Part shown: piece by piece, positions 1 through 9,607 of the stretch
Layout: every line of letters starts with the position of its first letter
Position numbering within the stretch: position 1 is the stretch's first letter
NCBI GenBank assembly: GCA_965248445.1
Contig: CBDFJG010000004.1
Span: forward strand, 608,001-672,000
Direction of reading: 5' to 3'
DNA: 64,000 nucleotides
DNA from: Planctomycetota bacterium
GTDB taxonomy: Bacteria > Planctomycetota > JAJSAM01 > JAJVHW01
Made by a program: the position numbers and the translations under genes
Notes under the pieces: generated by a model
The model's database searches: none
Seen by the model: the letters and a program-made list of their open reading frames with translations, nothing else
Told to the model about the DNA's origin: nothing

Positions 1-105
1 GGCGGCGCAGCCCGTCGAACGCCGGCCCGCAGCGTGTGCAGCGGCATCCCACGTGTGGCACACCGCCGTCCTGTGCGATGCCGAGCACGACGACTTCCCA
101 GCCGC

Positions 106-2556
106 TCACTTCTCGTCGCTCTCAGCTGCGGGCACCAGGTCCGACAGGTCGTCCGGCACGTGGGCGGGCAGGTCGAACGTGTACGCGCCGTCGTCCCGGA
201 GTGTCCCCCGACCGTTCCACTCGTTGACGTCGCGATTGCCGTAGCGGTCGTCTCCGCCGAAATCGAGGAACAGCGCGAACGAGTGGCCGCCGTGGTACGT
301 GTTCGACTTCGCCTTGCCGGGCAGATCGGAGTACGTGTCGGAGCCCTGGTTGTCGATGAACACCACGATCCCGTTGTGGGCCGCCGATGCGAGCGAGAAC
401 CCGCGGGTCTCGTAGGTGTCGTCGCCGTTCCCGTCGCGGAAGAAGACCGTCGTCTCGTCCCACGACAGTCCCTGCGCGACGCCGGCATGGCTCTGGTAGA
501 GGTCGCTGCCGCCGCCCTCGAGGAACGTCCCGGCGGCCTGGTGCGCCGCGAACCCCTGCGCGTACCGGGAGCCGATGTAGCGATCCTGCCCGTCGCCGTC
601 GTCGACGAGCGCGCCCCAAGCGTGGAAGTAGCCCCCGCCTTGGCTGAAGTTCCCGGCCTCGTACACGTCGTCGCCCATCCAGTCGTGGAGCAGCCCTACG
701 CCGCCTGAACCGATGTGGCGGAACCCGAACCCCACGCCCTGGCTCCAGCCGCTGAACACGCCGTCCTCGCCGTACTCCGAGCCGTACTTGCCGGTGGCCG
801 CGTAGCGGTCGTTGCCGCCCATGTCCGAGAGCGCGCCGACGCCACCTGGTAGGCCGACTCCCTGCGCGTAGCGATCGGCCGTGTAGGTGTCGTCGTCGTC
901 GGCGTCGATGAGGACGCCCGCGCCGCACATGGCGACGCCTTGAGCGCATTCGGTGGCCCGATACGTGTCGCGGCCTTCCCAGTCACGCAGCAACGCGAAG
1001 CCTGCGACCGCGGCCCCCTGGCCCCACTGCCGCGCCAGATACTGATCGTCGCCATCCAGGTCGTAGAGCACGGCGACACCCCCGATCGCCGCCGCTTGCG
1101 CGAAGGGAGAGGTGGCGCCGTAGAGGTCGTCCCCGCCCTCGTCCACGAGGATCGAGATCGGTACCTCTCGGTCCGCGCGTGCGCCGCAGTCCAGGTAGCG
1201 GTCGTTGCCGCCGAGGTCGAAGCGCAGCGCGCAGCGCTTCTTATGGGTCTGCCGGCCGGGACCGGCGAACTCGATGCGGCCCACGGCCGTCTCTCGATAG
1301 GCGACGATCCCCTCTCCGCCGTGCTCCGCCACGAGCCTCCGCCACTCGGGCTGCCGCTGCCGAATGAACGCGAGGACGTCCGCCGCGACACTCGCGACCG
1401 CTGCACGGTCCACGCTCGCGAGCAGTTGCATCGCGCGGCGGCTGGCCCGCTCGCGTTCGACGTCCTCGTCGTCGTACATGTATTCGCCCTCGACGGCGAA
1501 CCGTTCTGTGATCAGCGGCAGCGTCTCCTCGACGAACCGCCGGGCCGCGGGCGTCCAGCCGAGCGCGTCGCGGACCCTGCCCGCGTACTCGACCAGGAAG
1601 AGCTCCATCCGATCGAGCTCATCGTCGAGATCGCGCGCGACGACCTTCTCGAACGCGGTGACGAGCGGAACCTTGCCGTTGGCGGCAACGACTGCAGCGC
1701 CCATGCCATCGGGGAACAGGCTTGCCGCGAGCTCTTGGGCCGCGTTCTCATGCGCCGCAGGATTCAGCTGCACCTCGACCGTCTTCCGCAGCCGGAACGG
1801 GTCCTGTTTCTCGAAACGCTTGCGATGGCGTGCCAGCGTGTCGCGGTAGCGCGGCAAGCCGGAGTCCAGCGCCGTGACCCGGTCGATCCAGTCGAGTATC
1901 TTCGTGTCGTTGCGTGTCGTCTCGAACCAGGACAGCGGAGTCTCGAGCTGCGCAAACGAGGGCGGCTGACGGCCGAGGAGGAGCGGGGTTCTCTTCACGG
2001 TTTCTCCGCGGACGTAGACGGCGCTGCTCATCGAGTCGGCGGGTAGCGGCATCAGCACTTCGCGCAGCCGCTGGACGGCCTCCGCGCGCGGCCCCTGGTC
2101 CAGACGTGCGCCGGCGAGTTCGACCAGGACGTCGCCGTTCTCCATCCCTGCGCGGCCGAGCGACTGGCCCGGCTGAACACCTCTGACGCCGACGCCGTAC
2201 GCATACCCCGTGGACGCCGGCACGTTGCGCGCTCCCACGAATCCAGTGCCGAGGTAGGGGCGGTCGTCCGCGGACGGCTCGAACGCCAGCACGCGGTCGG
2301 TCCAGCCGTTCTCTGCAGCCGCTGCTGCTCCAGGTGTGTCGCCGACCGCCGGGGACGGCTGCAACGGCGCAGGTCCGCGCGGCAATCGGTCTTCGAACGG
2401 GTGGTCGACCGGACTCGGCCGGTCGATGAGCTGCCGCACGCGCGGCGGCAGGGTCTCGCCGTAGTGGTTGATGGGACGGATGCCGTGTCCCTCGCCGCCC
2501 GAGCAGCCCGCAGCGAGCACCACGACCACTGCCACGCCTCTCCATCCCGTTCGCAT
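106..2556 (-). CDS. Lipoprotein with a PDZ domain and C-terminal Asp/Gly-rich repeats
   Basis: Start moved to ATG 2556 (MRTGWRGVAVVVVLAAGC, lipobox). PDZ-like segment (GVRGVQPGQSLGRAGMENGDVLVEL) and about 10 repeats of D-x-x-G-[DN]-D-x-Y...QG. Confidence 0.7.
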   Translation of the reverse strand: MRTGWRGVAVVVVLAAGCSGGEGHGIRPINHYGETLPPRVRQLIDRPSPVDHPFEDRLPRGPAPLQPSPAVGDTPGAAAAAENGWTDRVLAFEPSADDRPYLGTGFVGARNVPASTGYAYGVGVRGVQPGQSLGRAGMENGDVLVELAGARLDQGPRAEAVQRLREVLMPLPADSMSSAVYVRGETVKRTPLLLGRQPPSFAQLETPLSWFETTRNDTKILDWIDRVTALDSGLPRYRDTLARHRKRFEKQDPFRLRKTVEVQLNPAAHENAAQELAASLFPDGMGAAVVAANGKVPLVTAFEKVVARDLDDELDRMELFLVEYAGRVRDALGWTPAARRFVEETLPLITERFAVEGEYMYDDEDVERERASRRAMQLLASVDRAAVASVAADVLAFIRQRQPEWRRLVAEHGGEGIVAYRETAVGRIEFAGPGRQTHKKRCALRFDLGGNDRYLDCGARADREVPISILVDEGGDDLYGATSPFAQAAAIGGVAVLYDLDGDDQYLARQWGQGAAVAGFALLRDWEGRDTYRATECAQGVAMCGAGVLIDADDDDTYTADRYAQGVGLPGGVGALSDMGGNDRYAATGKYGSEYGEDGVFSGWSQGVGFGFRHIGSGGVGLLHDWMGDDVYEAGNFSQGGGYFHAWGALVDDGDGQDRYIGSRYAQGFAAHQAAGTFLEGGGSDLYQSHAGVAQGLSWDETTVFFRDGNGDDTYETRGFSLASAAHNGIVVFIDNQGSDTYSDLPGKAKSNTYHGGHSFALFLDFGGDDRYGNRDVNEWNGRGTLRDDGAYTFDLPAHVPDDLSDLVPAAESDEK

Positions 2557-2623
2557 GTGGAGCAGGGTACCGCGATCCCGTTCAGATGTTGCCCCGCTCG
2601 AACGTGCGTGCCACGCTCGCGCC

Positions 2624-3889
2624 GTGGGGACCACCGAACCGTACCTGCCGACCGCCGAGACCACGCGCGAAGCGCTCAGACGTTTCGGGTCGCCGCTGTA
2701 TCTGTACGACGAGACGACGCTGCGCACACGCGCGTCCGAGTTGCTCGGGTTCGGCGGACCGTTCGGCTTCACGGCGCGCTTCGCCATCAAGGCGAATCCC
2801 GCGCGGGCCGTGCTGCGTCTGTTCGATGAGATGGGTCTGCAGTTCGACGCCTCGAGCGTCCACGAGGCCGAGCGCGCCATTCGGGCCGGCGTCGCGCCGC
2901 AGAAGATCCAGCTCACCACCCAGATCCTCGGCAGCGGCTGGCAGGATCTGGTCCGGCGTGGCGCGGGCGTGACCGCGTGTTCGGTGCGTCAGCTCGAGCT
3001 GCTGGGGGGCGAGTTCCCCGGCGGCACGTTCGGCGTGCGCTTCAATCCCGGCGTGGGCAGCGGACACAACAACCGCACGAGCGTCGCTGGCCCGGACGCC
3101 AGTTTCGGCGTCTGGCACGAGCAACTGCACGACGTCCTGCGCTTGGCGGCGGAACACGGATTGCGGCTCGACCACGCGCACCATCACATCGGCTCGGGGG
3201 GCGAGGCGATCAAGTGGGCGGAGATCGCGACCGCGACACTCGCGCTCGTACGCGAACTGCCCGACGTGACGACGGTCAACCTCGGCGGAGGGTTCAAAGT
3301 CGCTCGCATGCCCGGCGAGCACGGTACCGACCTCGCCGCCGCTGCGGCTGCGGCGCACGCACTGCTGCGTGAGTTCGCTGCCGACACCGGGCGCGAGCTA
3401 CACCTCGAGGTAGAGCCGGGGACGTTCCTGGCCGCCGACGCCGGCGCGATCGTCGCGCGTGTGTACGACGTCGTCTCCACAGGAGCGGACGGGCACGTAT
3501 TCGTCCGCACCGACGTCGGCATGGCGGAGATCCTCCGTCCGTCGATGTACGGCGCCCAGCACCCGGTGGCGTTCCACGCGGCAGAGGCGGGCGGCGCGCT
3601 GGGAGACGAGGTGCCGCTGCTCGTCGTGGGGCCGTGTTGCGAATCGGGGGACATCCTGACACCGGCCCGCGGCGATCCCGAGGGTCTGGGGCCGCGCACG
3701 CTCCCGCGTCCTGCTGCCGGTGATGTCGTCGTCGTCGGTGGCGCGGGCGCCTACTGCGCGTCGATGCCCGCGAAGCACTACAACTCGATCCCCGCCGCTC
3801 CCGAGGTCTGGCGGGACCCGGCCGGGGAGCTGCGGCTGGTTCGAGCGCGCGAGAGCCTGGACGACCTCCTCCGTCACGAGCTCGGCTGA
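2624..3889 (+). CDS. lysA: Diaminopimelate decarboxylase
   Basis: GSPLYLYDE, FAIKAN (PLP lysine), HHIGSG, NLGGGF, EPG, GPCCESGD and GAGAY motifs. GTG start at 2624 chosen to avoid overlap with the divergent gene. Confidence 0.9.
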   Translation: MGTTEPYLPTAETTREALRRFGSPLYLYDETTLRTRASELLGFGGPFGFTARFAIKANPARAVLRLFDEMGLQFDASSVHEAERAIRAGVAPQKIQLTTQILGSGWQDLVRRGAGVTACSVRQLELLGGEFPGGTFGVRFNPGVGSGHNNRTSVAGPDASFGVWHEQLHDVLRLAAEHGLRLDHAHHHIGSGGEAIKWAEIATATLALVRELPDVTTVNLGGGFKVARMPGEHGTDLAAAAAAAHALLREFAADTGRELHLEVEPGTFLAADAGAIVARVYDVVSTGADGHVFVRTDVGMAEILRPSMYGAQHPVAFHAAEAGGALGDEVPLLVVGPCCESGDILTPARGDPEGLGPRTLPRPAAGDVVVVGGAGAYCASMPAKHYNSIPAAPEVWRDPAGELRLVRARESLDDLLRHELG

Positions 3890-3979
3890 GTCCCGGAATC
3901 GGGTTCCGAATCGAGCCTGACGCGAGCCTGGCAGCAGGTCCCGGTTCACCTCGGCCACTGCGATTCCCGATCCAGAGGG

Positions 3980-5323
3980 ATGCGCTGTCCGCACTGCGAC
4001 GAGCCCACGCTCCAGGGGGCCAAGAGCTGCCTGGCGTGCGGTGAACCGGTCGTGCGCCTCGCTCCGCCCGTGACCCCCGTCGCCCCGCGCGACGCCGACG
4101 AACCGGAGATCGGGAAAAGCCGCGCGTTCACGAGTCCGCTCGAGGAACTCGCGGCACTCCCCATCTCGCCGCCGCCTGTGTCGCGGGCCCCGGATGCCGC
4201 GATGCCGAGTGGGGCGGTGCTCTGCAAGATCTGCCTCGGACCGTCAGAGGACGCGGTGGTCGGCGGAATCTGCGCCGGTTGCCGGGGTGTCGTACGCGAC
4301 GTCGGCACCGAGCGAATCGCTCCGACGGAGCAGTACATCCACCCGGCCACGTCGGCGGCCGCGACGACAGGTGCATTCGCCGACCGCATGGGCTCCGCAG
4401 CGTTCCGTCCGCCGCCGTTGTACATGAAGAAGTCGCGCATCCGACGTGGGTGGATCGCTGCGCTCGCCGGCATGCTGCTCGTCGGGGCCGGCCTCGGCGT
4501 CGTTGCGCTGCGCGGCGATCCCGACCCTGTCGAGCGCCACCTGCGCGACGTACGCGCGGAGGACGCGCACATCACCTTCGCCGTCCCGAGCGACGTTGTC
4601 GTCACGATCACCAGCGAGACGTCACTCGCGATCATGCACGAGTCCATCCGAGGCGGCTTCGCCAAGGGACTCGAGACACAGTTCGACATGCAGCAGCGCG
4701 CCGAACAGGTCACGCAGATCGCGGGCACCGAATCGGGCGACTCGGTCGAGGTCATGTCGTCCTGTCGGCTCGTCGACCAGCAGGGAGAAGCGGTCGGCCA
4801 GGACGTGCGGGAGTTGAAGGCGTATCCGTGGGAGGGTCTACGCGAACGCGTGCGGATGGAATTCCCCGCGACCGGCGGTCCCACCGTCAACGGCGACCCG
4901 CCGTTGCCGCTCAAGGACGTGACTCCGTTCGTGACGATCGGGGCGCTCGGTGTGCCGGATGGCCCGCTCCGGCCCGGCGCGACGTGGCGGCTGACCAGCG
5001 TTCTGCCGGTCGCTGCAACGCACCGCGGCTCTCTCTCACCCCTGACGTTCGAGTGCCGCGTAACGTACGTCGGCAGGGCTACGGCGGGCGGTCGCGAGTG
5101 CGCCGTCACGCGCATCTCGGGCACGGCCAGCGGCCAGCCGTGGGGACCGCTCGACCGCTTCAACCGTTCGCGCGGCAAACTCGCAGGAGCGCTGTTCCAC
5201 GACCTCGACACCGGGCTCCTGGTCGAGGCTCACCTGTACTGCGAGACCGCCGTCTGGCTCGACAGAGGCCGGATGGAGGAGCGTGTCTCCGTCAAGGGCC
5301 GCGTCGATATCGACCGCCGCTAG
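3980..5323 (+). CDS. Membrane protein with N-terminal zinc ribbon(s), one TM helix and a beta-rich C-terminal domain
   Basis: CPHC..CLAC and CKIC..CAGC pairs, TM segment WIAALAGMLLVGAGLGVVAL. Confidence 0.6.
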   Translation: MRCPHCDEPTLQGAKSCLACGEPVVRLAPPVTPVAPRDADEPEIGKSRAFTSPLEELAALPISPPPVSRAPDAAMPSGAVLCKICLGPSEDAVVGGICAGCRGVVRDVGTERIAPTEQYIHPATSAAATTGAFADRMGSAAFRPPPLYMKKSRIRRGWIAALAGMLLVGAGLGVVALRGDPDPVERHLRDVRAEDAHITFAVPSDVVVTITSETSLAIMHESIRGGFAKGLETQFDMQQRAEQVTQIAGTESGDSVEVMSSCRLVDQQGEAVGQDVRELKAYPWEGLRERVRMEFPATGGPTVNGDPPLPLKDVTPFVTIGALGVPDGPLRPGATWRLTSVLPVAATHRGSLSPLTFECRVTYVGRATAGGRECAVTRISGTASGQPWGPLDRFNRSRGKLAGALFHDLDTGLLVEAHLYCETAVWLDRGRMEERVSVKGRVDIDRR

Positions 5324-6546
5324 CGCAATGCGGCGGAGATGAGCACGGCCGCGTGACGGACGGACAGACCCGAGTCCTCTGACCGCAGCGACGTCTCGAT
5401 CTGCAGCCGGCACCCCGCGTTCGCGGTCACGACGATGTGCGGCGCCACCGCCAGGATCGCGCACGCCTTTTCCATGCCGAGACGCGCGCCCTCGGCGGGA
5501 TGCAGCACGTTGAACAGCCCTGCGCTGCCGCAACACGTAGACGCGTCGGGTGCATCGACGATCTCGACATCCGGGATCGCCGCGAGGAGTTCGCGCACGA
5601 CGTGGGCGCGCCGCTGACCGTGGTCGAGGTGGCACGGCGGATCCCACGCCACGCGCACCGGGGCGGACAGTCCGAGAGCCGCGGCGATCGGTCTGAGCGC
5701 GTCGTGTGGAACATGCGCTGCGGCCAGCACGAGCGCATCCGTTGCGGGGACCGGTAGCCGGTCCACATGAGCGAGCAGGTGAGCGCCGCATCCCGCGGCG
5801 TCGGCGACGACGGCCTCGACCGGCAGATCGCGCAGCGCGTCGGCGAGCCGGGTGAGCCAGGCATCCGATCGCATGTCGTCGCCCTGGTGCGCGTGGAGAG
5901 CGCCGCAGCACAACGGGCCGCGCGGGACGTGGACATCGAAGCCTGCGTGCCGGAGCACGTGCACCACGGCTGCGCGGTCGGCGCGATCGGCGTGATCCGT
6001 CACGCAGCCCGGCAGGAGGGCCACGGCTCCTTTTCGCACGGAGAGCGCCGGCTGGACGGTCGGGACCGAGCGCGACCACGCGCGCCATGACGCGTCGGGC
6101 GCAAGCCGGGCGGCCTGCGAGACGAGCCGCGCACCGGGTAGGCGGGGCAGGCGGGGCAGGCGGGGCAGGCGGCGGGCCAACCACGCCAGCCGCATCACCG
6201 CGGTGACGCCGGCCGACGACGCGAACAGGCGCAGCAAGACGCGCTCGAGCCACGGTGCGGGCACGCGGCCCCGCAGTTCGGCACGGCCCCGTTCGAGAAG
6301 ACGGCCGTATGGAACGTTCGACGGGCAGGCCGGTTCGCATGCGCGGCAGCCCAGGCACGCATCGAGGTACTCGCCGATCTCGCCCGGCGGCACGTCGCCG
6401 TTCTCCGCGAGCGAGCGCACGAGTGAGATCCGGCCGCGCGGCGAGTGGCCCTCGTTGCCGGTCGCTGTGTACGTGGGGCAGACTGGGAGGCAGAATCCGC
6501 AGTGGATGCACGAGTCCGAGAGCGTCAGCAGTTCGTGGCGCGTCAC
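5320..6546 (-). CDS. glcF: Glycolate oxidase-type Fe-S subunit
   Basis: CIHCGFCLPVCP and CLGCRACEPACP ferredoxin motifs, two CCG domains. 4-bp overlap with glcE. Confidence 0.85.
   Translation of the reverse strand: MTRHELLTLSDSCIHCGFCLPVCPTYTATGNEGHSPRGRISLVRSLAENGDVPPGEIGEYLDACLGCRACEPACPSNVPYGRLLERGRAELRGRVPAPWLERVLLRLFASSAGVTAVMRLAWLARRLPRLPRLPRLPGARLVSQAARLAPDASWRAWSRSVPTVQPALSVRKGAVALLPGCVTDHADRADRAAVVHVLRHAGFDVHVPRGPLCCGALHAHQGDDMRSDAWLTRLADALRDLPVEAVVADAAGCGAHLLAHVDRLPVPATDALVLAAAHVPHDALRPIAAALGLSAPVRVAWDPPCHLDHGQRRAHVVRELLAAIPDVEIVDAPDASTCCGSAGLFNVLHPAEGARLGMEKACAILAVAPHIVVTANAGCRLQIETSLRSEDSGLSVRHAAVLISAALR
6141..6172. repeat. 9-bp tandem repeat (GGCGGGGCA) x3.5 inside glcF
   Basis: Visible directly; encodes (LPR)n on the minus strand. 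Confidence 0.85.
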
Positions 6547-7490
6547 GGCATGCGTCCTGACACGAGCCGGCGATCCGGATCGAACGCCGTTCGTAGCCGG
6601 GTGAACAGCGGATGCACGCCGCGCTCTGGCGCCGGCCCTTCTACGTGGGCGACGAACCTCCCGCGGAGGACATCGACGATCGAAAACGCAGCCGAAGGCA
6701 AGCGTGCGTCCGCGCCGCCCACGCGCGCAAGACCATCGCCCGGCAACGCTGCGGCTTCGCGCGTCCACTCCTCCCACGGGGGCGGGACGGCCGTCAGGCC
6801 ATGACGCCCCGCGCGCTGTTCCGCGGCGCGAACCGCGCCGGGCTTGCCCTCGAACAGCACGGCGACCCGGTGCTCACCGCGGTCACTCCGCACCGTGATC
6901 GCCGATGGTGCGTGTCCCGATCGCAGCGCGCGGCGCGCGCGCGTCACTGCCTCGCTCCGCGACTCGAACGCGGCTCCCACGGTTGCCGTTGCCTCCGGCC
7001 GTGCCTCGATACGGAACGTGACTTCGGCGAGCGCGGCCAGAGAGCCGCCCGCGCCCACGAATGCGCGCGCAACACCGAAACCAGCCACGCTCTTGACGAC
7101 GGCCGCGCCGACACGGACGACATCGCCGCCCGGCAGGACAGCAGTCGCAGCGAGGATGACGTCTCGCAGCCGGAATCCCATGCGGGCGCTGAGTCCGTCC
7201 GCGCCGGCGGCGAACGCGCCTCCGACTGTGCCGCGTCCCGAGTCGTAGGGCGCAAGCGGGAACCGACGACCGCGTTCGCGCAGCGCGTCGTCGAGTTCGA
7301 CGAGCGTCGTCCCGGCGCGCGCGGACGCCACGAGATCCGCCGGCCGCACCTCAAGCACGCCGGAGAGGCGATCGAGTGACAGGGTCTCCGCGCCGTCCAC
7401 CGGACGCGCGGTCGTGCCGCCACCGACGACGCGCACACGACCGCCGGGCCCGAGCGCTTCGACCGTCTCCGCGATACTGACGGGTCTCAC
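6543..7490 (-). CDS. glcE: Glycolate oxidase-type FAD-binding subunit
   Basis: GGGT, ARAGTTL, GTVGGA and VVKSVAGF motifs, C-terminal LRTAFDP. Lies between glcD and glcF. Confidence 0.8.
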   Translation of the reverse strand: MRPVSIAETVEALGPGGRVRVVGGGTTARPVDGAETLSLDRLSGVLEVRPADLVASARAGTTLVELDDALRERGRRFPLAPYDSGRGTVGGAFAAGADGLSARMGFRLRDVILAATAVLPGGDVVRVGAAVVKSVAGFGVARAFVGAGGSLAALAEVTFRIEARPEATATVGAAFESRSEAVTRARRALRSGHAPSAITVRSDRGEHRVAVLFEGKPGAVRAAEQRAGRHGLTAVPPPWEEWTREAAALPGDGLARVGGADARLPSAAFSIVDVLRGRFVAHVEGPAPERGVHPLFTRLRTAFDPDRRLVSGRMP

Positions 7491-8926
7491 AGCCAACCGC
7501 CCGCGACGTTCGTCACGGCACCGCGCGACACTTCCCCGCACCGGCCTCCGGAGGGGAGCACCTTGCCGGGGTTCATGCGCTCGTCCGGGTCGAGCGCGTG
7601 TCGCAGCCGCGCGAACAGCGCGCGCGTCGGCAGGTCGAATTGACGTTCGAGCAGGCCGCGCTTCTCGAGGCCGATGCCGTGCTCTCCCGTGAGCGAGCCT
7701 CCGAGGTCGAGGCACGCCTGAAGCATGTCCCGGCCGGCGGCGTTCGCGCGGGCGAGTTCGTCGTCGTCGAGCGTTTGAAGCAGAACGAACGGATGCAGGT
7801 TCCCGTCACCGGCGTGCGCCACGATCGCGACATCCACGCCGTGTGCGCGGGCGGCTTCGTCTATCCGCGCCAGCGCCTCCGCCAGTCGCGACGGCGGAAC
7901 CACTCCGTCATGCGTCACGAATCCGCGCGCCAGGTGCCCGACGGCCGCGCCGGCCTGCTTGCGTGCCCGCCACATCCGCGCGCGCTCCGCGTCGTCTCCG
8001 GTCGCGCGCACGTTGCGCCCGCCGGCGGCACGGAGGGCTCCAACCACCGGTGGCACGAGCTCATCCAGTTGCTCCTCGGTGCCCTCGAGTTCGACGAGCA
8101 GCAGAGCCGCGACTGTGGCGTCGAACCCGAGCGGCTCGTGCGCCTCGACGGCGTCCAGCGCGCGACGATCGATCATCTCGACGGCCGCAGGCACCGCACC
8201 AGTGGCGATGACCGCCGCCACGGCCCGCGCGGCGTCGCCGGTTGCGTCGTACGTCGCCAGCAGGGTCCGCACGCCGGCGGCGCGCGCGACCAAGCGCACG
8301 GAGATCTCCGTCACGACGCCGAGGAGGCCCTCGCTGCCCACCAGCAGCGCATTGACGGAATCCGCGCCTACGCCCGCCCGTTGTGCACACTCGCCAGTCG
8401 CGTGAACGGCGCCGTCGGCGGTCACGATCACCAGCCCGGTGACGTGGTTCGCCGTGACTCCCAGCCGCAGCGTGTGCGGGCCTCCTGCGTTCGCGGCGAC
8501 GTTGCCGCCGACGGTGCACGCGGACTGGCTCGAGGGGTCGGGTGCGAAGCGTAGCCCGTGAGCCGCCGCCGCGCGGTCGAGGTCGGCGTTCACGACGCCA
8601 GGTTGTATGACCGCGCGGAGACGCTCCGCATCGATCGACACGATGCGGCTCATGCGGGCGGTGCCGACGAGCACGCCGCCGGAGGTGGCGAGTGCTCCGC
8701 CCGCCAGCCCCGTGCCGGCACCGCGCGGCACGACCGGCACGCCGTGCCGTGCCGCGACGCGCACGACTGCGGCGACTTCTGAAGTGCTGCTCGGCAGCAC
8801 GACGACATCCGGCCGCCCCGGATGCAGCGTCTGTCCGTCACATGCGTACGTGATCCGGTCGGCGGCGCGGTCGAGGACCGCATCGTGTGGCAGGACGTCG
8901 CGGAGATCTTTGACCAGGGCGTTCAC
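7487..8926 (-). CDS. glcD: Glycolate oxidase-type FAD-linked subunit
   Basis: PRGAGTGLAGGA, PDPSSQ, GSEGLLG, HAGDGNLHP and GEHGIG motifs. GTG start at 8926. Confidence 0.88.
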   Translation of the reverse strand: MNALVKDLRDVLPHDAVLDRAADRITYACDGQTLHPGRPDVVVLPSSTSEVAAVVRVAARHGVPVVPRGAGTGLAGGALATSGGVLVGTARMSRIVSIDAERLRAVIQPGVVNADLDRAAAAHGLRFAPDPSSQSACTVGGNVAANAGGPHTLRLGVTANHVTGLVIVTADGAVHATGECAQRAGVGADSVNALLVGSEGLLGVVTEISVRLVARAAGVRTLLATYDATGDAARAVAAVIATGAVPAAVEMIDRRALDAVEAHEPLGFDATVAALLLVELEGTEEQLDELVPPVVGALRAAGGRNVRATGDDAERARMWRARKQAGAAVGHLARGFVTHDGVVPPSRLAEALARIDEAARAHGVDVAIVAHAGDGNLHPFVLLQTLDDDELARANAAGRDMLQACLDLGGSLTGEHGIGLEKRGLLERQFDLPTRALFARLRHALDPDERMNPGKVLPSGGRCGEVSRGAVTNVAGGWL

Positions 8927-8940
8927 GAACGCCGAGGTTC

Positions 8941-8980
8941 GCAGAGCCCGGGGTCGCAGAGCCCGCCCTAGCAGAGCCCG
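8941..8980. repeat. Three direct repeats of GCAGAGCCCG with a 15-bp period
   Basis: Exact copies at 8941, 8956 and 8971 in the gap upstream of glcD. Confidence 0.85.
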
Positions 8981-8999
8981 GCGTAGCAACAGCGCGGGG

Positions 9000-9437
9000 T
9001 CAGAGGCCGTCCGTCGCCGCGCGGTCGAAGCCGGCCTTCACGCGCTCGTCGTTCAGGACCATCAGCCCCCACACGCCGAACGGGAAGGTGAGGCACCCGC
9101 ACTGCAGGTTCACGAGTGCCAGCACGCACGCGATCATGGCCAGCCCGCGCGACTGCAGATTCATCATCTTCAGAGCGCCGAACGCGATGGCACCGTTCAG
9201 GACGAGAAACACCCCGCCGAACAGGTACTTCATCGTTCCGGTCAACGTCGCAATGGCCTGGCGCTGATCCTCGGTCATCTCGCTGCCCGAGAGATCGGGG
9301 CTCCAGAAGATCCCGATGATCGCGGCGAGGACGCCCATGCAGGCCAGCGAGAGGAGGAAGATCGCGGGCAGCTTCACGCTCGCGGCGGCCGACCGTCCCG
9401 TGTCAAGCGTCTCGCTGATGAGTCCGTCGTCGCCCAT
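9000..9437 (-). CDS. Small multi-pass membrane protein
   Basis: Hydrophobic helices, C-terminal PFGVWGLMVL..V..F pattern, GGAGG before ATG 9437. Confidence 0.65.
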   Translation of the reverse strand: MGDDGLISETLDTGRSAAASVKLPAIFLLSLACMGVLAAIIGIFWSPDLSGSEMTEDQRQAIATLTGTMKYLFGGVFLVLNGAIAFGALKMMNLQSRGLAMIACVLALVNLQCGCLTFPFGVWGLMVLNDERVKAGFDRAATDGL

Positions 9438-9607
9438 GCGCCACCCTCCAGGGCCCGCACGGTAGCCGCCGCCGCGGAACGGGAGGAGACTCTCTGCGGC
9501 GCCGGGTGGCCGGCCGTACAGAATGAACCGACGTTTCCCCGGTCGGTTGGGATCAAGGTCTGCGTCCAACCGGATAGAGGTACATCGGGGCTAGAGGAGG
9601 GTCGGGC

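Noticed and set aside
8941..8980. CRISPR-like interpretation of the short repeats here and at 56842-56875
   Set aside because: The units are too short, spacers are 0-5 bp, and there are no cas genes.
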